From contig JAUCBJ010006284.1 in NCBI GenBank assembly GCA_032718475.1, positions 1 through 39,109 of the forward strand: a DNA stretch of 39,109 nucleotides, in the 5' to 3' direction. The notes beneath the pieces were generated by a model. It did no database searches. It saw nothing but the letters and a program-made list of their open reading frames with translations, and was not told the DNA's origin. Below are positions 1 through 10,593 of this stretch, piece after piece (position 1 is the first letter of the stretch; each line of letters starts with the position of its first letter). The DNA comes from Nemertoderma westbladi. Lineage: Eukaryota > Animalia > Xenacoelomorpha. The position numbers were made by a program, and so were the translations under genes.

Positions 1-633
1 ATGTCATGAAATCGTTAAACAGGGCCACCTCAGCCTGTACTGTACATGTGTATCCTATGTGTTTACATGTGTATACACATAATTAATATTTTCGAATTAT
101 ATAAAAAAATATTATAATTATATCGATTTACGTGTCAAAATGTAAACCTTTATTGTCACTATTTTCAATGATCAGAAACAAGTTGTATATACTTTGTTGT
201 GAATTTGTCAATTAAGGTGTATTGTATTGCGTCCATGCGTCATCCGTCAAGTTACCCATACGAAAGTTAACAATATCTCCGATCAGTTAACCCACGGGCA
301 CCCATGGGATTTGAGCCACGCGGAGTACCATTGGGGTCATATCAGACCCCAGTACTAAAATAGTAGTTTCTTGTGGGCCTGAATGGAAATATGTAGTAAT
401 AATGGACCGAATCTCTATTAGAGCCACCAAACCAAGTAATTTTAGCCCTGACCTCCAAAGTTCAACTTGTCTGACTGTCTAATTGTCCGACTTTATTTAC
501 ATCAAATTAAATTTAATATATTTAATTTTTTGGAAATTTTCACTTAAATTCCGCAATCCGTTGAAAATGCTGAATTTTAATTGATAAAATAACAACAATA
601 GGCCTAGATAACTAATAGAACTAATGATAATAA

Positions 634-1270
634 CGTACACCCGGGGCGACGGACCAGTTCAGACCCCTCGAAACTTCAGTTCGCCAGTTCCTTACAAGTT
701 TACCGGAACACGCTTCCATAGACGAAGTTGAAGTTGAACGAGAGCTGATATCGTTGCCGGTCCGGTTTGGTGGCCTAGGAACTGAGGAATACCGTTGCTT
801 GTCCACCAGCAGCATATTAAATTCTAGAGAGGACTGCGAGCCATTTAACTGCAGCAGCAATATGTCAATATGTCGGTGGTGCGGGAAACCAACAGCACGT
901 CGCCAACAGAATAAAATCCCGGGCGCTTACCGCTGTACACACGAATGTCAATGTACAGTAACCCGTGCCAAACTAACCTAAAAGCAGCTCCAGTTGAACG
1001 AGTTAGTGGCAGAGAAGTGGGTGTCGATGTGGATAAACTCGCGTCCACGGTACCTATCTTACCAAGGAGGAGTTTCACGACGCTGTTTGCCTGCGTTACG
1101 GTTGTCAACCCGGTCTACCCCGGTCCGTTGTGCCTGTGGGACACGATCGCGTTATCTGCTACGCTGAATGCTGCAACTGGGTGCGACGTTAGAAGCTTTG
1201 CGCTACTGCGGGCAAGCCTCCCTGGTGAGTTCTCCACGCACCATTGCGTGATGGTGGGGCGGTTCCGGTA
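634..1270 (+). mobile_element. Decayed, internally deleted CRE-like (RLE-type) non-LTR retrotransposon 3' fragment
   Basis: Manual translation across frameshifts gives RTPGATDQFRPLE...ERELISLPVRFGGLG (RT thumb LPxRxGGLG), EKWVSMW (EKGASSW-like), LTKEEFHDAVCLRYG..LP / CACG (start of the CCHC motif) and RSFALLRASL (RLE C-terminus), in the expected order. Confidence 0.75.
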
Positions 1271-2192
1271 GCGGAACTCATTATTCCTGTACAGTATATA
1301 CGAACTTTCCTGGTTTTTTATTGTCTGTAATCCTGTAATCACTACCGTACACAACGTACTACAGTACTGCATATAGTGGATTACAGTAGGACATAATTTT
1401 TGCTGCACACACTAACTGCATATCGAAATCTTATATTTCTATCAGAGAACTATTCAACTTCTGTGCGCATAATATTCGTTTCAAATCCATGTTGTATATC
1501 ACTGTTAAGATTGTTTGTCAGTTTCCCAGCATCAGTTGCCGTAATCCTAAAGCTCCTATTGGTTGCCATATTCTACAATGTTCTTGCGCCCTATTGGCTG
1601 TTTCTATTCTTACAGTGTTATAATAGTTGATGTTGCTATCGCTATCCTCAGGCATAACCTCATAACATCTTAAGCCTGTTACTAGTCATGTAACTAGCAG
1701 GAGCTATGATATTTCTCCTTGCTTGCTTGCTTATTGCATTGCATCATTAACTTTCCGTGCGTATTAAATCTTATTGTTATAGTTATTATTATTTCGTTAC
1801 CTTGTTGATGAATATACAAGACCAGAGATCACACCAACTTGATTTCCACACGGTTAGTGCTGACTGCGCCCTGTCTGTAATAGATTCGGTTAATTTAGTG
1901 CGAGTGTGTGCGTCCATAGTACTGCAATATTATTCCCCAACTAGTAACTATAATCTATTGATACTGTACTATGATGTATGCAGCACGAGTGAACTGTGCG
2001 CTTACCACATACTACGTCCAACATGAATGCGAGGAAAAAATGCACTTGAGAGTTAGAGAGACGTATCCTTACATTACAGGTAATTGCCAAGAGAGTGGAG
2101 CCTTCCGGTCGCCCCTGGTGTTTCGTCTGTCACGTTCACTGGTCTCTTTTACTTAGGGCAGGAATGTAAACTGAAATTAAATTCCACTTAGG

Positions 2193-2770
2193 TGTGACGG
2201 GATCCTTGAATTGGCAGTGAATCCTGACCAGGTTTCGTCTTGGTTCAATACGTGTCGCCGCGTCCGCTTACTGAGGCTGAATGACTGAAGGCCGAAGGCC
2301 GGTTATAATAAAGGAGTTTGGTGTTAATGTTGTTAATCTCTCACAAGTATACAAGTACCAGGTAGTAATCAGTACAACAGTAATCACAATGATAGCAGAC
2401 AGCAACGGCGGCGGTTGAAAACTGTCCGACTTCTGCTCACCCAATATACCAACTAAAGTACAACTGACAGAGTAACGGTTATATATTACATGGGACACAC
2501 TAGCTACCTATGTGTGGCCAACCAGTGGACGCGCTGTAATTGGACACATGCTGTCCCTCCATTGGTTGATCTATCCCCTGTTCCTATGCTAGCTTTTACC
2601 CTGAGATGAGCTGTGTGCTGGCATCTCTCCCTGTGGCTGGCACTGTATATTGCTAGGTGCCAATTGTTATGTGACATTATATTGGTAATGTCACCTAATC
2701 AACTATAATTGGTAAAAAGCCACTTTACCCATTTTCCACTGGGTAGTGCAGCGAATTGGATACGCTAACA
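2193..2770 (-). repeat. 3' LTR of element A (~578 bp)
   Basis: TGTGACGGGATCC ... TACGCTAACA termini match those of LTR B (TGTGATGGGATCC ... TACGCTCACA); it abuts the PPT. Confidence 0.7.
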
Positions 2771-3398
2771 CTCCCCCCATGCTATCTTCATGCTATCAGA
2801 AGATAGCATCAACCTAAAGTGCGCTCCAATTCCGCTGGAATCCAATCTATTATTGGATGTGGGGCGGTATATTTTTCTTGGGACCAGTTTTCCAGACTAG
2901 TCCCCATGGGTTTGTTCTCACTACCCATCCTTGGTACATCTGCGAGCTAAGCTGTACCAAGTCATCTGGCTTCTCTGTTTAGACGATCGCCCTTTTTCCT
3001 AGCACAATTTTTCTCACCTGGACACTAACGTCCAATCTCCTCACTCAATAGTCCCATAGGACTCCCCTCCCCTCTGCTCGCTCCCCCACACTTGGATCAC
3101 GCACCTCTTACTTTTCCTCCAAACTCCAGCACCTCCTCCCCATGCTCCTCTCATTCTCAAGCCTTTTTATTCCCACTCTACACGCCTGTGGTCCCATCAA
3201 GTGTCCCTCCTACTCATATCCCGGTAGTGCCTGTCTGGACAATTCTTATCCCGCAGGATATGAGCTCTCACAATAAATCCTAAACCACCCTGTTGTTCAA
3301 TGACCACCTAATCTGGGTTGGCCTACCCCTCTACTCTTCCTCCCATGTGTTTCCCTAATACGTCCGTTAACCCTCAATCATGACTCCACCTAGGCTCT

Positions 3399-3790
3399 AT
3401 ATGGTCCTGTTGACCCGGCATATGATCCCGTTGACCCGGCATTACTATGTATGTATGGTCCCATTGACCAGGCGTTAGTGCGTACGTATGGGCCCATTGA
3501 CCATTGACCCAGCGTTAGTGCGTACGTATGGTCCCATTGACCCGGCATTAGTGCGTACATATGGTCCCATTGACCCGGTGTTACTACATATGTATGGTCC
3601 CATTGACCTGGCGTTAGTGTGTATGTATGGTCCCATTGACCCAGCGTTAGTGCGTATGTATGGTCCCATTGACCCAGCGTTAGTGCGTATGTATGGTCCC
3701 ATTGACCCGGCATTAGTGCGTACGTATGGTCCCATTGACCCGGCATTAGTGCGTACACGTATGGTCCCATTGACCCGGTGTTAGTGCGTA
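3399..3790. repeat. 33-bp minisatellite (TATGGTCCCATTGACCCGGCATTAGTGCGTACG), about 11-12 copies
   Basis: Directly visible tandem units; they produce the 11-aa periodic ORFs in the track. Confidence 0.95.
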
Positions 3791-3797
3791 AATTATG

Positions 3798-4009
3798 TAC
3801 GTTGGTACGTCGTACCATATGTTAGTATATATGTACCACGTATGTATTGTACATTTTTGTACCCATCAAACATACGTAATTGCAACTAGCTACTCCTATT
3901 ATCTACGTTGGTACATTCGTACCATATGTTAGTACATATGTTGTGTACTACGTATGTATTGTACATTTGTGCCCATCGGACGTACGTAATTATAACTAGC
4001 TACTCCTAA
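3798..4009. repeat. ~106-bp diverged tandem dimer
   Basis: TACGTTGGTAC...CGTACCATATGTTAGTA...AACTAGCTACTCCTA occurs twice (about 3798 and 3904). Confidence 0.85.
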
Positions 4010-4100
4010 GTATTATTTTTTTTATATTATTTTATTTTATTTTTGTGGGAAGGATGTATCGCCCTCATTCCCACCCACCACAGTCTAACTTTTGGACGAC

Positions 4101-4500
4101 TCAACAACCTAACGGCGATTCTTCCAGCAGGCAACTCACCCACTGCCCCCCTATAGGTCCTATTATTCTTTGCCCCACTCTCCTTGTCAATTCCAAATCT
4201 CTTGGATCTGACCTTCCCTTCTCCTCCACCCTAAGATCGGGTCTTTCCACCACCTCACAGAACTCCTCATCGTCCCCTGGCGGCAAAATGCCACCCTTCA
4301 TATTGTCGTCACTTGGCTGTAGAATGCCGCCTTTCATCTCTTCCTCGCTTGTACATGCCACCTCTGCTGCCCCCCCCCCCCTCAATATGTGCGCCGGCAT
4401 TAAAGCCCTTGATGACCCTTGGTCATCCTTCGGTATGCATAATGGCTTACTATTCAATAAGTTATACTACTGTATAACGTCTCTCGTCTTATCTCGCGTC
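4101..4500 (-). pseudogene. BEL/Pao pol C-terminal (integrase tail) remnant
   Basis: NLLNSKPLCIPKDDQGSSRALMPAHILRGG. The downstream part (KGGILPPGD..ERPDLRVEE) is homologous to 6847-7080. Confidence 0.6.
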
Positions 4501-5108
4501 AGGTTCTCCTTGGTCAATTGTACTGTACCATATACTTACATTTAGGTGTTTGAAATACCTGATGCAATGTTTATCGGTGAGTCAGTAACTTATTGGAGCA
4601 AATGAGTATTGAGAGTATGCTATGCAGCCATTCTGAAATAGAAACATATAATTCGTTTGTTATCCAAGTTCAGTATGTCTAAATGAATAAATTATTAACA
4701 CACGCTAAAAATAGGTTCGTTTATGTAGTTCTTGTGAGCACTATCAAATGCCTCAGGATACCTGCCACATGGCAGGAGCACTCATATATCTGGTCTGAAT
4801 GTATAATCAATTACTTGAGTGTTTAAGTTTCGGCACTAAAAACTGCTTCAAGGGAATAATGCACTATGTACGTGCAAACCGTTCTCTTATGTTGTGTTGT
4901 GTGTGGACAAGTGTACGTGTGACTTATTTATATTGCAAGTAGGAAGCTACATGGGATCTAGTGCATGGTAAGCGCACAATTTACTCGTACTGAACACATT
5001 ATGATATTGAATGTATTATAGTTGCAAGTTGGGGAATAATATCGCAGTATTATATTGCGGACACATACACTCGCACTAAATGAACCGAATCTATTGCAGA
5101 CAGGTTAC

Positions 5109-5667
5109 TGTGATGGGATCCAGGGATCCCGATTTATCCGGTGTATTCGCTTACGCGTCCCCGCCGCTAGTGAAAGAGTTTGTTATGGTTGTCGTTCCGA
5201 TTGTTAATATAGATATAAAGTATAGTATAAATGAGATAATATTGACAGGTAGCACAGTTGATGTTTAGTTGACTGAATACTGCTGGTGATGGTAGCGGCA
5301 ATGACGGTAACGAAAGTCACCGCTCTGCCCTCTAGCTGTACTGGGATAACTGAATGAAATGACACGGTTACCGGTAATATGTATTGCACCGTTGGCCGTA
5401 TTGTGTCACGCAGTCGATGCGTTCCCCCCATTGGCTAATAACTCACTTCTCACCCTCATCTCCCTGGGAGTATTCTCCCCTTGCTGCTGTCATTCTCTCC
5501 TTCTCTTGGAGGTTAACCTCTGACCCCCATTGTGTGTGTCTCCTTTGGGGTTTGTTGCCCCGCTTATTGGGGTGATACAAGGTTGATTGGTAATCAACCT
5601 TGTAGTTCCAATAATGCTTAACGCCAACTTTATGGGGTTTAGTGTGGCGGAATTGAATACGCTCACA
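5109..5667 (-). repeat. 3' LTR of element B (~559 bp)
   Basis: Perfect TGTGA/TCACA terminal inverted repeat, adjacent PPT, termini shared with LTR A. Confidence 0.75.
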
Positions 5668-6149
5668 CTCCCCCCCATGCCATCTTCCCGGTGAGAAGAT
5701 AGCATCCACCTATAGTGCGCTACAATTCCGCTGGAAACTCGATCTACTATCGGGTGTGGGGTGGAGTTATTTTCTTGGAGTCGGCTTTCCAGGCCGCTCC
5801 CTATGGGCATGATAACGCTACCCATCTGACGTCTCATGTCGAGCCAATTGTGGACTCTCACACAATTTTTGTTTCCCCAACACTCTCACCACTCTAACTC
5901 CGCTCTAACTCTCTCCCCACTCTTACTCTCTCCCCACACCTGAATCGCACTCTAACTTCTCTCCATACTCCTCTCTACTCTCTACCACTCTCTAAGGCCC
6001 TAATCTCTAATGCTACCCCTGTGCTATCATACTATCTACCTTACTACTTACTTGCTAACTATCTAACTCTCCTACTCTCTACTAACTCTCAGACTCTAAC
6101 TAGCTCTACTAAGTCTAACTCTCTACTAACTCTAACTCTACTTACTACT

Positions 6150-6595
6150 TTCTACGTGGCGCTTGCGGTGCCCACAACCACTCTGCTTACTACCTCCATC
6201 TACATGGCGCTTGCGGTGCCCACAACCACTCTACTACTACTTCCTCCATCTACATGGCGCTTGCGGTGCCCACAACCACTCTACTATCTGGCACCCTATG
6301 TGCCCTCTTTACTACTCTACTACCTCTAACTCTCTAACTCTACTACCTGGCACCCTATGTGCCCGTCTCTACTACTCTACTATCTGGCACCCTATGTGCC
6401 CTCTCTACTACTCTACTACCTTTAACTCTCTAACTCTACTACCTGGCACCCTATGTGCCCGTCTCTACTACTCTACTATCTGGCACCCTATGTGCCCTCT
6501 CTACTACTCTACTACCTCTAACTATGTGGCGCTTGCGGTGCCCACAACCACTCTCTGCTACTACTTTCTACGTGGCGCTTCCGGTGCCCACAACC
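6150..6595. repeat. Compound minisatellite: ~50-bp units (GGCGCTTGCGGTGCCCACAACCACTCT) and 96-bp units (two GGCACCCTATGTGCC each)
   Basis: Units start at about 6152/6201/6251 and 6281/6377/6473; the first type recurs at about 6527 and 6573. Confidence 0.9.
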
Positions 6596-7055
6596 CCTCT
6601 CTTACTACTCGTGGCATGTTAATATACCACACTCCCTATACCCCGCCGCCTTCTAACCTAACTATCTTCTAACTACTTCTAACTTCTACTAACTGTCTCT
6701 TCTAACTACTACTTTCTACCTTCTACCTTCTACTTTTATTTTATTATTTAATTATTTTCTTATTTTTTTTTAATTAAATAATTAATTTTTGTGGGAAGGG
6801 CGTCTCGCCCTCATTCCCACCCCCCTCAGTCCAAAATATTGGACGACTAAACTCTAAGCTGCCCCTCGATCTTCCATCGATTCTTCCATGAGGCACTGTC
6901 CCGCTGTCCCCCTGTGCGTCCTCTTATCTGACGACCCACTTTCTCCGCCAATTCCAACTCACCAGGAATTGGCTCTCCCTCTTCCGCGACCCTAAAGTCG
7001 GGTCTCTCCGCCGCCTTCTTAACTATCTCGTCTCCTGGCATCAAAATGCCACCTT

Positions 7056-8996
7056 TCATCTGGTCTCCATGAAAGGAAATCGGAAGAATAGATAGAACAG
7101 GACGAACAATAGTAGTCCTCTCCCTTTCCATCCTGTCTTCCTACTCGAGTTCCCCTTTGTCGGTATGCCTCCCAACCGGACCGGCGTCTCTTCCGGACAC
7201 TCCTCTGGACACTCCTTCCGACGCTCCTCCGGGCACTCCTCCGGAGTGTTGTCCTCTGGACATCTCGCCATCCGCTCCTCTCCATCTCCATACCAATACT
7301 TGCTGGGAAATCCATTCTCCTCCGCCCACTCTATTACTGTTACTTCCCTGTCTGGCTCTACTATCTCCTGTTTCTCCTCTTCGTCCTCTGCGTCTATGGT
7401 GCCTGGTAACATGCACCCTGATGTCTCTGTCACACTGCATGGGATCTTGGTTTTAACTGGGCCGCTAAGCGTCCATCCGAACGGCGTGAGGATCGCCGTC
7501 GGGTCCCGCTGCCTGTCTTCGCCGAAGACCGTCTTTGTTCTCTCGTGGGCCATTGGGCATTCCATTCCTACTATAATGGATACCTTCCTAACGTCCACCT
7601 CTGGTATTGAGAAATCGATACCGTCCAGGAATCTATATTGTTCGACCTCAATGTTGGTTAGTCGCCTGGCGTTGATGTTTATCGATTCTATCACGTGGAT
7701 GGGGTCGATCGTCGCCCCATAGTCGCATTCCGGTGCAATCGCTGATATCCTGCACCGTCCCGTCCTCATCTCCAGGACCTCATCCTTACTTGAGACGGTA
7801 GTTACCGCTATTCTATTCGGCCTCGTCTTTAGCCCTATCTCTTCGGCCACCCAGTTCTCCACCAGCGTGAAGGCTGCTCCGTTGTCGACCAGCATTAATG
7901 TCGTTACTGATCGACCACCCTCTCCTGATATCTTCACTGGTACTACCCCGAGTAGTACTTTTCTCTTGTTTCTTGCCACTGTCGTGCTTGTAGCCATTGT
8001 TTGGCCTCCAGTCTCATCCTCTCTAACTGCTGTTTCTCTACACTCTCCGGATCTGTGTCCTTCTACCACACATCGATGACATAGTCCGTTCGCATCTGTG
8101 TAGGCTATACGATCTTGTTTGGGCAACGCTTGCCAGTGCTTACAACTCATGGTCTTATGGGTTCCGTCCCGATGTAATTGACATTCGAATCCTGGATTAT
8201 AGCATTCCCTATATAGTCCTTCACGTATCGCGCGTAGGTTTATATCTACCGATTTAGTGTTTTGGTTATCTGTACTCGGCCTACTGGGTATATTGGGATT
8301 ATGTTTATTTATGGTGTTATTTTCTTTCTGTCCCTGCCACGGTGTGGCCCTACTCCCAGCTAACTGTGGGCTTGTAGCCCCCTGTGTGGCCGCGTGTGGT
8401 AGTGAGTCTTATCTCGGGAATGGATCTGCAGGATTGTGTTCGGGTTTAGGCCTGTTGTATTCGATCTTTGGCACCTTCCCCAAACTATCCTCACTATAGA
8501 CTGGATCTGTAATTAATTCGGCTTCATAGTTTAGGAAGCTCGACATTTCTTCTAGGCCCGGTTCTGCACCCTTCTTCTCTTGAGTGGAGAAGGCGATCTT
8601 CCTCCACTTGCTCCGCAGCCAGATCGGCAGCGCCTGCGCTATCGTGGTGATGTTATTAGATGCATTGAGTTCGTATGGCGCGTCTAGTGTCTTCAGTACG
8701 ATTAACGCCTTCTCGACCTTGTTCGCAAAGGTCTTTATGCTAACAGGGTTGTCTTGCAGGCCACCCGATGTTATACCTCTCAGGGTTTGCCGGATGATCT
8801 TGGCTGGGTGTCCGTATTCCCTGTCTAGCGCCCGCCATGCTGTCGTGAAGCCGCCCTCGATGCCCTGGTACTGCCTCACGATGTCGTATGCTGGGCCTCC
8901 TGTATACACTTGTAGATATTTTAGGCACTCCGCCTGCGTCAGGTTCTTACTTAATATCTCGTTACTGTATATGCGATATTGCGTGTTATAATGTAC
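7056..8996 (-). pseudogene. BEL/Pao Gag (DUF1759-like) + Zn knuckles + aspartic protease, one in-frame TAA at 8409-8411
   Basis: ORFs 8409-8909 and 7056-8150 are in the same frame and the 86 codons between them are open. Motifs: LKYLQVYTGGPAYDIV...AWRALDREYG, CQLHRDGTHKTMSC, CHRCVVEGHRSGEC, LVDNGAAFTLV, PTAILTPFGWTLSGP. Confidence 0.88.
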
Positions 8997-9076
8997 TTAA
9001 TGGTTGATGAACGAGTAACAGTAATTTTATAAAGGCCAACAGGCTAATGAGTATGAATCTTATGTCATCGCTTTCT

Positions 9077-10300
9077 CTAAGGATGCTTAGGGGTGTTTCG
9101 CATAAATTGCCATTTTCTCTTCCTTGCAGGCGTTTGGGGCGCAGCTAACGCCACATCATCGCTCGAAAGCGTCTCATTGGGTCTGGAGTGAATGTCTACC
9201 GCGTCTGGTGTCAGTGAAGTCGGACGGTCGGTATATGTCCCAGTGGAGTTACTGGGCAAGGATAGGAATTCAACGGGTCTCGTCGCGCCCGAGTTGACAG
9301 CTGGTCGATCGATCTCTAATCCCGGAGGAGCGGCTAAGCATTTCGGGATAGCAGCTTGCACTGGTCCGGAAGGAACAGTTTGGGTAACAACACCACCCAG
9401 GGGTTGCTTGCCGAGGAAAATTCTCAGGGTTACTGTATGGAGAATTGGTCTTTCATGTTGAGCGTGTTCGCTGAAAACTCGACACTGTGGAAGTAACTCA
9501 GGATGTTCTTCCAGGAACTGTGGACCATAAGCTGGGAGAGTCTCTAATAAACTTTATTATGTCATAAGACGTCACGCGCTCGGGATGTATCTTGCGAAGG
9601 AAGCGTCGGATGACACGAGTGTTTGTACAGGAGGCCACTTGGTTGAGGAGTTCATAACTTGGTAACCAATATTGGTAGCCGAATATCTGTTGTCCAGGCA
9701 AAGGGGGCAACTGCGTATACACAATACACCGAGGTGAGCTTTCACTGTGGTGTATCAGGATTGGGTTATCACGTTAAGATCTGTGCATCCTTCCCATGAT
9801 CGAATATACCTGGTGACATTTGTTTCGTCTTCTATCTCTATGTCAGAGCCAAAGGGGCAGCTTGGACTACTGTGTCCCTTGAGTTGACAATGCTCGCATC
9901 GCGCCCTGGTTGGCAAAGACCAAACAGGAGAAGAAGATATGATCGTCGTTAACACGGCAATAGGGACAATAAAATTTGATATGATTATTGGTGAGACGCT
10001 CACAAAGAACTCCAGGTTGGGTGGGAGCCTTGTGTGTGCGAAGACCGCAATGCGAACAATGGACGTGTTTATGGAATAACGCATAGTGGAAACCTCGAAC
10101 AGTGAGCTGATACCAATCAATCAAGGCGGACTCTTATTGTTGGTAGCGAGTACAACACGGGAGGCTACTGAGGTCGCTTCCAATTGGATTGGTTCCTCCA
10201 CTTGGTCGGGGGAGTCCATAATGTCAGTTTGTATTTGTCCAATCGAGAAGCCAGGTTTAATAATGGGTCTCCCCAGTGCCGGATTAAGCTTCTGGTGGTC
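9077..10300 (-). pseudogene. Frameshifted ORF with three CCHC zinc-knuckle-like motifs, probably retroelement-associated
   Basis: CSHCGLRTH-x9-C and CPYCRVNDDHIFFSC (frame of 9867-10124) join CEHCQLKGHSSPSC (frame of 9755-10120) through one frameshift near 9905. The segment is GC-richer than its flanks. Confidence 0.55.
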
Positions 10301-10557
10301 CTAAGGCACATTTTAGCAATTGCCCGAAAATTGATAATTTCAAAGAAAATTGAAACCATTTCAAAGGAAAAAGCTGGTAAAAACCAAAACCCCGAGAAAT
10401 TGTGGAATTGTTGCGAAATAATAGTATTTTCGTAGGCAAAATTGTAGCTTGATGGATGGGTGTAAGTAAATAAGCCAGCTGTATGGATGATAAAAACAAA
10501 ATAAAGTATTGAGTGTCTATAACTGGTTATATTAATTATATTAATTAAGGATACAGT

Positions 10558-10593
10558 AGTAAACGTTTTCGACCTACCGATCTGCATCAGACT
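10558..10593 (-). ncRNA. Minimal hammerhead-ribozyme-like motif of Penelope-like-element type (variant core)
   Basis: Minus strand AGU CUGAUG(C)A GAUC-GGUA-GGUC GAAA ACGU UU ACU: core boxes, 4-bp stem II, palindromic AAACGUUU stem III, 3-bp stem I. The core deviates from CUGAUGA. Confidence 0.5.

Larger units (their letters stand above)
2193..4510 (-). mobile_element. BEL/Pao LTR retrotransposon remnant A (3' LTR, PPT, long 3' non-coding region, integrase C-terminal remnant); 5' part missing
   Basis: Minus strand reads GGGGGGAG (PPT) then TGTTAGCG at 2770. The integrase-tail motif LNSKPL..D....ALMPAHIL resembles BEL LNSRPL...LTPxHFL. Collinear similarity to element B. Confidence 0.75.
5109..8996 (-). 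mobile_element. BEL/Pao LTR retrotransposon remnant B (gag-protease, no RT/RH/IN, repeats, PPT, 3' LTR); 5' end missing
   Basis: Gag with two Zn knuckles and an aspartic protease; PPT GGGGGGGAG then TGTGAGCG at 5667; LTR with TGTGA...TCACA termini. Confidence 0.85.

Noticed and set aside
3390-3818. Repeat-protein ORFs (also 6021-6672)
   Set aside because: They arise from 33-, 50- and 96-bp minisatellites that are open on several frames and strands.
7141-8991. Antisense and alternative-frame ORFs over the BEL gag-protease (likewise over the Copia and RTE pol)
   Set aside because: Shadow ORFs of the real coding frame.
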